The position numbers were made by a program, and so were the translations under genes. The notes under the pieces are model-generated. The model ran no database searches. It had not been told where the DNA came from and was given only the letters and a program-made list of their open reading frames with translations. Shown here piece by piece: positions 1 to 13,032 of a stretch of DNA of 64,000 nt. The stretch is from Paraphysomonas bandaiensis (taxonomy: Eukaryota; Protista; Chrysophyceae), in NCBI GenBank assembly GCA_965644295.1, contig CBFFRP010000297.1, positions 744,001 to 808,000 of the forward strand, written 5' to 3'. The first letter of the stretch is position 1, and each line of letters opens with the position of its first letter.

Positions 1-616
1 TTCTGATGTTGTATTGTAGACATACACATAAATGAAGTGCAGTGTATGAGATCGTGTATCGTGATACATACCAGCAGCAGGTGTATTGTTGGCAACCCCA
101 AGGGGAGCGACCGAAGGTGCAGGTGGACCGGCAACACCAAGAGGAACTACTTAAGACACAAGATGATCGATCACACCAAGAGGAGCGGTTAAAGGTGCAG
201 GTGGGATCAAAGCAGGGGGAATAGGAAGCGTTCTAACGTTCACAATCAAATGATGTTATAATGTTTCGTCTGCTTGTCCTGGTTGGACCTCTCCACACGA
301 GTCCACTCTCCTCAATTCACTGTATGAGGCTCAGTGCTACAGCCTCGTGACGAAACACTGTCATGAAAACACATGTGACCTTCCTGGAAGGCAGTTATAA
401 GCCTGCAACTCTGAACTACTCAGTAAGAGTGTCATCTGAGAGTGGTATCAGCTCTGCGGCAGTCGGATGTATGTGTGTGTGTCTGTCTGTGTGCTCAGGA
501 GGTGTGATCCACACAACAATGAACACCTCATCCGATAAACCACACCTCCTGAGCACTCCTCACTGTCATCAACAATGTCACCATATTAGCACCAGAAGAT
601 ACTGACGACTATAAGA

Positions 617-1689
617 TACATACATACATACATACATACATACATACATACATACATACATACATACATACATACATACATACATACATACATACATACA
701 TACATACATACATACATACATACATACATACATACATACATACATACATACATACATACATACATACATACATACATACATACATACATACATACATACA
801 TACATACATACATACATACATACATACATACATACATACATACATACATACATACATACATACATACATACATACATACATACATACATACAAACATACA
901 TACATACATACATACATACATACATACATACATACATACATACATACATACATACATACATACATACATACATACATACATACATACATACATACATACA
1001 TACATACATACATACATACATACATACATACATACATACATACATACATACATACATACATACATACATACATACATACATACATACATACATACATACA
1101 TACATACATACATACATACATACATACATACATACATAAATACATACATACATACATACATACATACATACATACATACATACATACATACATACATACA
1201 TACATACATACATACATACATACATACATACATACATACATACATACATACATACATACATACATACATACATACATACATACATACATACATACATACA
1301 TACATACATACATACATACATACATACATACAGACATACAGACATACATACATACATACATACATACATACATACATACATACATACATACATACATACA
1401 TACATACATACATACATACATACATACATACATACATACATACATACATACATACATACATACATACATACATACATACATACATACATACATACATACA
1501 TACATACATACATACATACATACATACATACATACATACATACATACATACATACATACATACATACATACATACATACATACATACATACATACATACA
1601 TACATACATACATACATACATACATACATACATACATACATACATACATACATACATACATACATACATACATACATACATACATACAT
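617..1689. repeat. (TACA)n microsatellite, ~1.07 kb
   Basis: Near-perfect tetranucleotide array with only a few variant units. It accounts for the spurious MYVC ORFs. Confidence 0.99.
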
Positions 1690-1792
1690 GTATAGTGTGT
1701 CCACTGGCAACGGTAGTAAGTGTTAGTGATTCACGCTCTCGTCTTCTATCCTCATTATCTCTCATAGAGTGTGTATATATCATCTGGTGGCA

Positions 1793-3107
1793 ATGGACTC
1801 CTCTCTCTCTCTCTCTCTGTCAGTGTCGTCAGTGGGGTTTGTAGCCTCTATCGGATGCGTGATCATCTATCAGAGATTCAGATATCGTCCATATGACTCA
1901 TACGCACAGACAAGAGACACACACAGAGCATATGAGCAGTTGATTGGCAACACGCCGATGACTAAACTCCTGAAAGCCTCTCAACTCACTGGATGTGAGA
2001 TCCTTGTTAAGGTAGAGGCCACGATGCGTGTATGTATGTATGATAGTGTTGTATTAGATGGAGAATATGAATCCTGGAGGGACAGGAAAGGATAGAGCTG
2101 CACAGAGAATGCTTCAAGATGCAGCAGAGAGGGGAGAGTTACAGCCTGGGGGTCATGTTGTTGAGGGCACGTCTGGAAGGTATTTCTCTCGATTGATGAT
2201 TATCTCTTGCTAATATTTTATCAAGTACTGGTATCGCCCTTGCTTGTCTGTGTCTTGCCCAGGGATACAAGCTTCATGTCGTCATGCCTGACGACCAGGC
2301 GGATGAAAAGCGCTCTATATTGGAGAGGTTTATTCCTGTCATTATCTGCTGTGCTTGTTTGACCTATAGTATGGCAGATTGGGTGTGGAAGTTACCGTAG
2401 TCCCGTGCTGCGCTATATCTAACGACAACCATTATGTGCGAGTAGCTCGCCGTATGGCGAAGGAGCTTAATGGGTTTTATGTTAATCAGTTTGAGAACAC
2501 AGCCAACTGTCAAGTGCACGAAGAACGCACTGGACCAGAGATATTGCGTCAATGTGGTTGTCCCCCAGATGCCTTCGTGATGAGTTCTGGAACCGGAGGG
2601 ACGATTGCAGGAGTCTCCCGGTGTCTAAAGAAGGCTTCGTCTAAAACTCAAATAGTCCTCGCGGACCCAGTCGGGTCAAGTCTTTTCCATCGTGTTGTGA
2701 ATGGTGTGTGCTACACAACACATCAGTCCGAGCGATCGATTCGGCGACACCGGTACGACTCGATTGTGGAGGGTGTAGGGTTAGATCGTGTTACCGCAAA
2801 CTTTGACAGAGCACAAATCGATACCGCCATCAGAGTACCTGATCAAGATATTATAGACACTGCACACTGGTTGCTTAAACAAGAGGGTTTATTTGTTGGG
2901 TCCTCTTCTGCACTGAACGTTGCGGTAGCATGTATGGTCGCACAGAAGCTTGGACCTGGCCATACTATTGTTACTGTTATATGCGACCACGGCAGTAGGC
3001 ACTTGTCTCGTTTTTGGAATCCGCAGTATGTGAGCAAATATAATATTGTGTGGCCGACGGATGAAAATGTAGTGCCGTCATATTTTAAAAGCGAAGAGTC
3101 GAAATGA
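1793..3107 (+). CDS. Cysteine synthase / O-acetylserine sulfhydrylase-like PLP enzyme with N-terminal membrane anchor (4 exons; introns ~2012-2057, 2180-2225, 2328-2377)
   Basis: LIGNTPM, spliced K-MENMNPGGTGKDRA (PLP lysine), EGTSGSTGIAL, NQFEN, SSGTGGTIAG, EGLFVGSSSALN, ICDHGSRH. GT-AG introns restore the frame. N-terminus is hydrophobic (SSVGFVASIGCVIIY). Confidence 0.93.
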
Positions 3108-3704
3108 TTATGAACTATAAATTTTGAAACGAATGTACGAATAAAATTTCTCTAATTATAAGCTATAAGTTTTGAAAAAAATGTATAAATAAAATTTCTT
3201 TATTCACGATAATGCGTTGCGGAATATGTAATGTGTATCGTGTGTATTGTCGTGGTCATTACACATTTACACATTACACACAGTATAGGACTAGTAACCG
3301 CCGGTAGAATAATATGACATTGGTAGATACAGTACACCGCATGAATAAGGATAACTGGGTGAATTTAGTGCAATTCATTGAATAGTGAGGGACCATTTTT
3401 CTTATATATCTTTCTCTCAATATTGTTAATTTCCTGTACTGTTGTATATAACATAGACCCATAGCTCTGTGTATAGTGTATACCAATTCCAATGGTTACC
3501 TACAGAACGCTGTCCACCATCCGTCCCAAGTTTGCACTAGTTAGTAAATAATAGCTGCTTATCTAGCTTGACTAGTTTGTTCATTAAGTTTCTAATCTGG
3601 TTCTGACTCTTGAACGTCTATTGCTAAATAATAAATAAACAGGCATTTGCTACTCCGTCCACGATAGCGATATTCAATATTGTAATTCAAGAATATATAC
3701 TTCT

Positions 3705-4880
3705 TTATTCTATCTTTTTACCAATCATCAACACGTTTTCAGGTGTCACACCCTCATCTATATACACTACAAGTCTAGCTTTTAAATTTAATTCGCGTTC
3801 TATGAACTGCATTCTGCCGTAATCCAGTAGACGCTTGCACACACGTCCCAGGTGTGCCCTAGCAGCATAGCTGGAAAAATATGGAGATGAGCCACCCTCA
3901 CAAGTACCCAAGTCTATCTCCTTCTCTTGTGATTCACTATCTAGCTTTTGTTGCTGTTGGTCAACAGTAAAACAGCCGCTCCATCGTCTCAAGATTTCGA
4001 ATTCCCCTTCCGACAATCCAGCAGTCTCTATAAGCCAATTCCTCGCAGCACAGTCAGACCAGGAGCATTTGCTATGACAGCAGAGAGCAATACAAATGCC
4101 CTGCAAGCATCCAGAATGGTGGCACAAATTCCGAAGGCCGTTGAGAGCGAGGTCTGTTGCTGCACCACATAGGTGCTTTCCCATCCCTACAACACCGCCA
4201 GAGGTGTATACAGAGCCGGAAGATTCACATAGTATTCGGAGGTCTACATCCTCTAGGTCAATGCGAGCACGAATACTTTTCATACCTTTAACATGCTCAG
4301 CCTTGTGCTTGTAAGCGGCACGCTCAATGCAAAGGAACACAGACTCGGGGTGCACTTTCTCTGAACACCCCATGTATCTCGATAATGACCCCTTTCCAGC
4401 CCCGAAGTCTATATACACCGCTGGCTTCAGAGTAGAAACAAGTCCCTCTTCTTGCATTAACTCCAACATCGCGTGCTCTTGTAGGCGGTGTTTCCGTGAG
4501 TTGGTAGGGTGGTCTCTAGCACAATTAAGACACTCTGATGATGCATCTATCAGCACTGGTGCAACTATAGTCTCAAACAACTGAAAAAATAATTGAGCCA
4601 GAGCATTCTCGTCTCTAATCAATCCATTCATCCCATCTATATGATTAAACCTATTGATACTTGCATTAAAGAACGGCTGTTGTTCTTCTTTGAATGCAGA
4701 GCATACACGCTCATGTCTACTGGATTTAATGGGTATCATTTGATTGCATCGATTGCATTTAATTCGTTCACCATGAAGTGGTTGATGTACTCTACAGTAA
4801 TCTGTTTCATTCAGAGCATCTCGACAACAAGGCACTCTTCCTTTGCCAGCATACTGGCATCTCTTTACGCTGCTCTCCAT
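3705..4880 (-). CDS. TRM13: tRNA:m(4)X methyltransferase TRM13
   Basis: N-terminal CCCH finger (CQY...C...YCRVH), CxxC...H..C finger, SAM motif DFGAGKGSLS, KHLCGAATDLAL, CCHSKC, TPENV. ATG at 4880 chosen as the start. Confidence 0.92.
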   Translation of the reverse strand: MESSVKRCQYAGKGRVPCCRDALNETDYCRVHQPLHGERIKCNRCNQMIPIKSSRHERVCSAFKEEQQPFFNASINRFNHIDGMNGLIRDENALAQLFFQLFETIVAPVLIDASSECLNCARDHPTNSRKHRLQEHAMLELMQEEGLVSTLKPAVYIDFGAGKGSLSRYMGCSEKVHPESVFLCIERAAYKHKAEHVKGMKSIRARIDLEDVDLRILCESSGSVYTSGGVVGMGKHLCGAATDLALNGLRNLCHHSGCLQGICIALCCHSKCSWSDCAARNWLIETAGLSEGEFEILRRWSGCFTVDQQQQKLDSESQEKEIDLGTCEGGSSPYFSSYAARAHLGRVCKRLLDYGRMQFIERELNLKARLVVYIDEGVTPENVLMIGKKIE

Positions 4881-5048
4881 ATCGAGAGACAAAACTTGCA
4901 AATTCCAAGAAATTTCTTCAATTAATTCTGTAAAATGAAGTGATTCATGTACAGTTAGTGCCCATAGAAGAACATAACAGCCGCTAGTTGTGCATATCTG
5001 ATGTTTCGATTCTACCAAATGCTGGACAGACACGCTGATCTGATGAAA

Positions 5049-5587
5049 GTATGTATGTATGTATGTATGTATGTATGTATGTATGTATGTATGTATGTAT
5101 GTATGTATGTATGTATGTATGTATGTATGTATGTATGTATGTATGTATGTATGTATGTATGTATGTATGTATGTATGTATGTTTGTATGTATGTATGTAT
5201 GTATGTATGTATGTATGTATGTATGTATGTATGTATGTATGTATGTATGTATGTATGTATGTATGTATGTATGTATGTATGTATGTATGTATGTATGTAT
5301 GTATGTATGTATGTATGTATGTATGTATGTATGTATGTATGTATGTATGTATGTATGTATGTATGTATGTATGTATGTATGTATGTATGTATGTATGTAT
5401 GTATGTATGTATGTATGTATGTATGTATGTATGTATGTATGTATGTATGTATGTATGTATGTATGTATGTATGTATGTATGTATGTATGTATGTATGTAT
5501 GTATGTATGTATGTATGTATGTATGTATGTATGTATGTATGTATGTATGTATGTATGTATGTATGTATGTATGTATGTATGTATGTA
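5049..5587. repeat. (GTAT)n microsatellite, ~540 bp, inverted relative to the first array
   Basis: Direct reading of the sequence. Confidence 0.99.
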
Positions 5588-5700
5588 TTCAAGTTAGTTG
5601 CGTACGTGTGTGGAATGTGAGAAGTGTGCCTCTCTTCACACGGATATACATACATACACTCTCATCGATGTGTTTATCTATTATCTTTTAATCTACTCAG

Positions 5701-8700
5701 ATGTTATCAGAGGAACGTCTCCCGAAAAGAAAGAAACGTGTCCGTCATGATCAGGCGAGTCCCAGTGTCGTGGTTGTGGGGGGGGGCATTGCAGGGGTGT
5801 GCTGTGCTCAGGAGATCGCTCAGTTGTCGTATGACTATCGTGTCATTCTTGTATCAGCGAGCAGTACGCTAAAAGAAGTAAGTACACTGACCGACTGTAT
5901 CACATAAACCTCTACACCACTACAAAACACTATATAACACATATACACCTCTATATAACACATATACACCTCTATATAACACATATACACCTCTATATAA
6001 CACATATACACCTCTATATAACACATATACACCTCTATATAACACATATACACCTCTATATAACACATATACACCTCTATATAACACATATACACCTCTA
6101 TATAACACATATACACCTCTATATAACACATATACACCTCTATATAACACATATACACCTCTATATAACACATATACACCTCTATATAACACATATACAC
6201 CTCTATATAACACATATACACCTCTATATAACACATATACACCTCTATATAACACATATACACCTCTATATAACACATATACACCTCTATATAACACATA
6301 TACACCTCTATATAACACATATACACCTCTATATAACACATATACACCTCTATATAACACATATACACCTCTATATAGCACATATACACCTCTATATAAC
6401 ACATATACACCTCTATATAACACATATACACCACTATATAACACTATATAACACATATACACCACTACAAAACACTATATAACACATATACACCTCTATA
6501 TAACACTATATAACACATATACACCTCTACATAACACTATATAACACATATACACCTCTATATAACACATATAACACATATACACCTCTATATAACACTA
6601 TATAACACATATACACCACTACAAAACACTATATAACACATATACACCACTATATAACACATATACACCTCTATATAACACTATATAACACATATACACC
6701 ACTACAAAACACTATATAACACATATACACCTCTATATAACACATATACACCACTATATAACACTATATAACACATATACACCTCTATATAACACATATA
6801 CACCTCTATATAACACTATATAACACATATACACCACTACAAAACACTATATAACACATATACACCTCTATATAACACTATATAACACATATACACCACT
6901 ACAAAACACTATATAACACATATACACCTCTATATAACACATATACACCTCTATATAACACTATATAACACATATACACCACTACAAAACACTATATAAC
7001 ACATATACACCTCTATATAACACATATACACCTCTATATAACACTATATAACACATATACACCACTACATAACACTACAGAACACATATACACCTCTATA
7101 TAACACATATACACCTCTATATAACACTATATAACACATATACACCACTACATAACACTACAGAACACATATACACCTCTATATAACACATATACACCTC
7201 TATATAACACTATATAACACATATACACCACTACATAACACTACAGAACACATATACACCTCTATATAACACATATACACCACTACATAACACTACAGAA
7301 CACATATACACCTCTATATAACACTATATAACACATATACACCACTACATAACACTATATAACACATATACACCTCTATATAACACATATAACACATATA
7401 CACCTCTATATAACACATATACACCACTACAAAACACTATATAGCACATATACACCACTATATAACACATATACACCTCTATATAACACTATATAACACA
7501 TATACACCACTACAAAACACTATATAACACATATACACCTCTATATAACACTATATAACACATATACACCACTACATAACACTATATAACACATATATAC
7601 CACTACATAACACTACAGAACACATATACACCTCTATATAACACATATACACCTCTATATAACACTATATAACACATATACACCACTACATAACACTACA
7701 GAACACATATACACCTCTATATAACACATATACACCTCTATATAACACTATATAACACATATACACCACTACATAACACTACAGAACACATATACACCTC
7801 TATATAACACATATACACCTCTATATAACACTATATAACACATATACACCTCTATATAACACTATATAACACATATACACCACTACATAACACTACAGAA
7901 CACATATACACCTCTATATAACACATATACACCACTACATAACACTACAGAACACATATACACCTCTATATAACACTATATAACACTATACACCTCTATA
8001 AAACACTACATACACCTCTATATAACACTATATAACACATATACACCTCTATATAGCACATATGCGCCACTATATAACACTATATAACACATATACACCA
8101 CTATAAAACACTACATACACCTCTATATAACACTATATAACACATATACACCACTACATAACACTATATAACACATGCACACCTCTATATAATACTATAT
8201 AACACATATACACCTCTATATAACACATATACACCTCTATATAGCACTATAAAACACTATATAACACATATACACCTCTATATAACACTATACACCACTA
8301 TATAACACACATACACCACTAAATAACACTATATAACACATATAGACTGTGCATAGCACTATATAACACATATACACCTCTATATAACACTATACACCAC
8401 TATATAACACACATACACCACTAAATAACACTATATAACACATATAGACTGTGCATAGCACTATATAACACATATACACCTCTATATAACACTATATGAC
8501 ACATATACACCTCTCTATAACACTATATAGCACTATACACCACTATAAAACACTACATACACCTCTATAAAACACTATATAACACATGCACACCTCTATA
8601 TAATACTATATAACACATATACACCTCTATATAACACATATACACCTCTATATAGCACTATAAAACACTATATAACACATATACACCTCTATATAACACT

Positions 8701-11700
8701 ATATAACACTATACACCACTATATAACACACATACACCACTATATAACACATATAGACTGTGCATAGCACTATATAACACATATACACCTCTATATAACA
8801 CTATATAACACATATACACCTCTATATAACACTGTACACCACTATATAACACATATACACCTCTATATAACACTATAGAACTCTATATAACACATATACA
8901 TTACTACATAACACTACAGAACACATATACTCCTCTATATAACACTATATAACACTCTTCACCACTATATAACACATATACACCTCTATATAACACTATA
9001 AAACACTATATAGCACATATACACCTCTATATAACACTATAGAACTCTATATAACACATATACACCACTACATAACACTACAGAGCACATATACACCTCT
9101 ATATAACACTATACACCACTATATAACACTACATACACCTCTATATAGCACTATAAAACACTATAGAACACTATACACCACTATATAACACTACAGAACA
9201 CATATATCCACCTCTATATAACAGATATACACCTCTATATAACACTATATAACACATATACACTTCTATATAACACATATACACCACTATAGAACACTAT
9301 AAATACTATAAAACACTATACACCACTATATAACACTATATAACACTGTACACCACTATATAACACATATACACCTCTATATAACACTATATATACCTCT
9401 CTATAACACTATATAACTCTGTGTAACACATGTACACTACATAACACATATTCACCACTATATAACACTATGTAACACATATACATCACTATAGACTAAA
9501 TAATACGTGTACACAATTATATAACACATCTATAACACTATATAACACATATACACCACTATAGACTGTATAATACATGTACACCTCTATATAACACTCT
9601 ATATAACACATGTACATCACTAAATAACTCTATATTACAAATATACACCACAGTATAACACTGTATAACACATATTCACCACTATATAACACATCTACAA
9701 CACTATATAACAGTTGTACACAACTATAGACTATGTATAGCACAATATAACGCTATATAACACATGTACACCACCATATAAGTCTATATAACACATCTAG
9801 AACACTATATAAGAGTTGTACACAACTATAGACTATATATGACGCAATATACACCACACTACATCCCTGTATAACACTATATAATACATATACATCTCAA
9901 TAGACTGTATAGAACAATTTACACCACTCTGTAACACATATACTCCACTATAGACTATATATAACACTGTATAATACATGTACACAATTATACAACACAT
10001 CGATAACACTATACAACACATAAACACCACTATAAACTAACTATATATAACACTATATATAACACATTAACACCACTATATAACACTATATAACAAATAT
10101 ACACCACTAGAACACTATATAAGAGTTGTACACAACTATAGACTATATATAACACAATGTACACCACAATAGACTGTATATAACTCATATACACCACTAT
10201 ATAACACATATATCTCTATATAGCGCTGTATAACACATACACACCACTCTATAACGCTATAGACACCTACATATAACGTACATATCTCTATATAATACTC
10301 TATAACACTTATACACCACTATAGGCTATACATAACACACTAGACACCACTATATGTATCACTATAGACACTACTATATCACACAATATACACTACTATA
10401 GACTATATATAGCACACTAGACACCAATGTATAACACATATAACATTATATATACCAGTATATAACACTATGCACTATATGCTACACATATATCAGTGTA
10501 TAGTACTATATAACACTATATAAAACGTTTTGACACTAGATATAGCAGGTGTATATAATACTTTAATAAAACACTGTATATAGCAATATATAACATAACA
10601 TACAACATTGCATAACATGTGTGCTGTGTGTTCTCTATAGGCGAAGAGTGTCATGAAAGTGACTGACAACCTTGAAGAGATCAGTGTGTTTGAACGCCGT
10701 GCTGATTATTTTAAAATCGATAATCCGAGAATCGAAATAATTGACGGAGTCGTCGAATACATAAGTTTGGATGATCAGGAAGTCGTTCTTTCAACAGGTA
10801 CATGAAGCATCTTAAAGTGTTAGTTAACTGATTTGATGAATACAGGTTCAACTATCAGCTACCGAAAGTTATGCTTGTGCACAGGCGCTGTACCTTCTCT
10901 TTTTGCTGAGAATATACCTAATATTATTGGCGTCCGCGATTTGGAGGTACTGTTTCTGCGGCTTACTGTCTATGAAGTACTTACTATGTGCAGTCTGTGG
11001 AAGGGATGGTGCAGCGACTTCGGTCCGCACGAAGAGTCGGAGTGGTCGGAAATGGCGGCATCGCACTGGAGCTCATTCACACGGTGCTGTAGAATAGTAC
11101 ACACGTATAGTCACTAACTGTGCAACAGCTTAAGTTTTGCGACGTTGCGTGGGTTGTGAAAGACAACTATATTGGGAACTCTTTTTTTGATGCTTCAGCT
11201 TCAGCTTTCATTGCTTCGTCAATGCATGCTGCTTACCCCAATGACGACAACACTGAAGTATCTGTGGAGCCGCACAGTGATGTGACCGCCGTTGTGTCCC
11301 CAATTGGGCCATATGATGACCGGGTAGCTGAAGGGAAGCATATCCATGGAGGGGCCATTGGTCCCGAATGGGTTCACAAGACCGGACTGGTGAGCACTTT
11401 GCTTCCTCCCGAGGTAACATCGAGGCAGGGTGCATTGCGGGTTGAGTACGGACAGCAGGTGTGTGCCGTGCATGTCAAAACACCTCCGAGTGGGATGTGG
11501 GTTAGAGTGGGAAATGTGGAAGGCGACATTCCCCCAGCGCTACCGGCTGAACACTGGAATGACTCGTTTTCGCTGCATTTATTAACCACTGAGGGAAAGG
11601 TAGGTTGCGTTCTATTTACGAATCCCGTATTGACTGTCGTGGTGTAGTTAATTGGCTGTGACTTCGTGGTATCAGCTACCGGTGTGACTCCTTGCACGTC

Positions 11701-12621
11701 ATACCTAAGTAGTACCCCTGCAATTTCCCGAGATAGCGTTGGCGGAATTATTGTGAACGAACACATGCAAACCTCACGCAAGAACGTTTATGCGGCTGGA
11801 GATTGTTGTAGTGTTCAACTGAACCCGGATGAGAGCGACAATCATCAGCACCATTGGTTCCAGATGCGCTTGTGGTCTCAAGTGAGACATTCTCCAGTAA
11901 TACGTACTTATTTCATGTGGTGTCTGTCCAGGCTCGAGTAATGGGGATAACAGCCGCCCAGTCGATGCACTGTGACTATGTCAAAGAATCACTGCCAGAA
12001 GGTGCCAAAGACACCGCACCAGAGTTCTGGCCCACCATGTTCAATATATTTGCCCATATAACCCATTTCTTTGAGTATAAGGTGAAAGAACAGTTGGGTA
12101 TTCTTTGTTGAATTAATAAGTGCGCAGGTAGTGCTGTTAGGGAGATTCAATGCACAGGGACTTGGTGAAGAAGTTGAGAAGAGCGTGCGGGAGATGGTGA
12201 TTACTAAAGGTGTGCTTTAAGTTCCAGATATATATTGGCGTGATTAATGCCCCGTACTGTGTTTGTACACAGCCTTCAATACTGATTAACACATGTTCAT
12301 GTAGATGGCTTGGTAGATCACAAACACAGACATCAGGTGTCCCAGGGCCAGAACTTTCCTGAGGCGGAGGAGATGACTTGCTACTGCTCTCCTGCGGATT
12401 TAGTAGAGAGGCACAAAATAGAGATATGGACCCGAATAACTCCTGGAGAAGAGTATATAAAATTGGTAGTGAAACATGGCAAGGTCATAGGAGCCCTGCT
12501 TATTGGGGACACTGACCTGGAAGAAGTGTTTGAAAACCTAATTTTGAACGAATTAGACGTTAGTCGATACGGTATCGGTCTTCTCGATCCTGATATTGAT
12601 GTGGAGGAATACTTCGACTGA
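5701..12621 (+). CDS. PYROXD1: Pyridine nucleotide-disulfide oxidoreductase domain protein 1 (multi-exon; intron 5878-10640 is 4.76 kb)
   Basis: [15 protein letters not shown] motif, [81 protein letters not shown], and C-terminal [13 protein letters not shown]. Exon 1 GAA|GTAAGT joins TAG|GCG in frame. Confidence 0.93.
5905..10600. repeat. Intronic minisatellite built on the 21-bp unit ACACATATACACCTCTATATA plus 10-bp ACACTATATA sub-units
   Basis: About 23 near-perfect 21-mers at 5937-6430, then composite and increasingly degenerate units. Confidence 0.97.
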
Positions 12622-13032
12622 CGATGATTTAGGTACTGGTGGAAATGCAATCAGAGAAACTGGTCGTGTATTGCATTTCGAAATTGTGAAAGCAGTTCGA
12701 TTCTGAACTGGCAGCAACCTGGAACTACTCCATCTAGCAGAGAGTAGCGTACAATATTTTGAGTAGGCTATTGTGAAGTACTCATTTATAAACCGAATAT
12801 GTGTCTCTGACACAGTCGCTTTTCCATTTAATTGATATATACGGTTCAATTTTTATATAATAATCTGGCTTGTGTGAGATTATATATTATATAGAATACA
12901 TATTTATCTTTCCTTCTAGCCCGCAATAAATCATATATCTCTATAAGTTCAATATCATTAAAATCGATCAACACACTCTATTACTTTGCACAATGCTAAT
13001 CTACTTGGTTACATATATCTATCCGAGACTAA

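Noticed and set aside
42-224. Short ORF with an imperfect 39-bp periodicity
   Set aside because: No recognisable domain. The Pro-rich minus-strand frame contains a stop, and the context is cut by the window edge.
578-1783. Long ORFs of MYVC / HTYI repeats (also 4984-5691)
   Set aside because: Translation of a stop-free tetranucleotide microsatellite, not protein.
5835-6465. ORFs of VYMCYIE / GVYVLYR repeats, and a CRISPR-like appearance of the array
   Set aside because: 21-bp tandem units with no unique spacers, inside an intron, with no cas genes.
3705-12621. TRM13 and PYROXD1 as a tRNA-processing gene cluster
   Set aside because: Two adjacent genes in a gene-dense genome are not evidence of clustering without synteny data.
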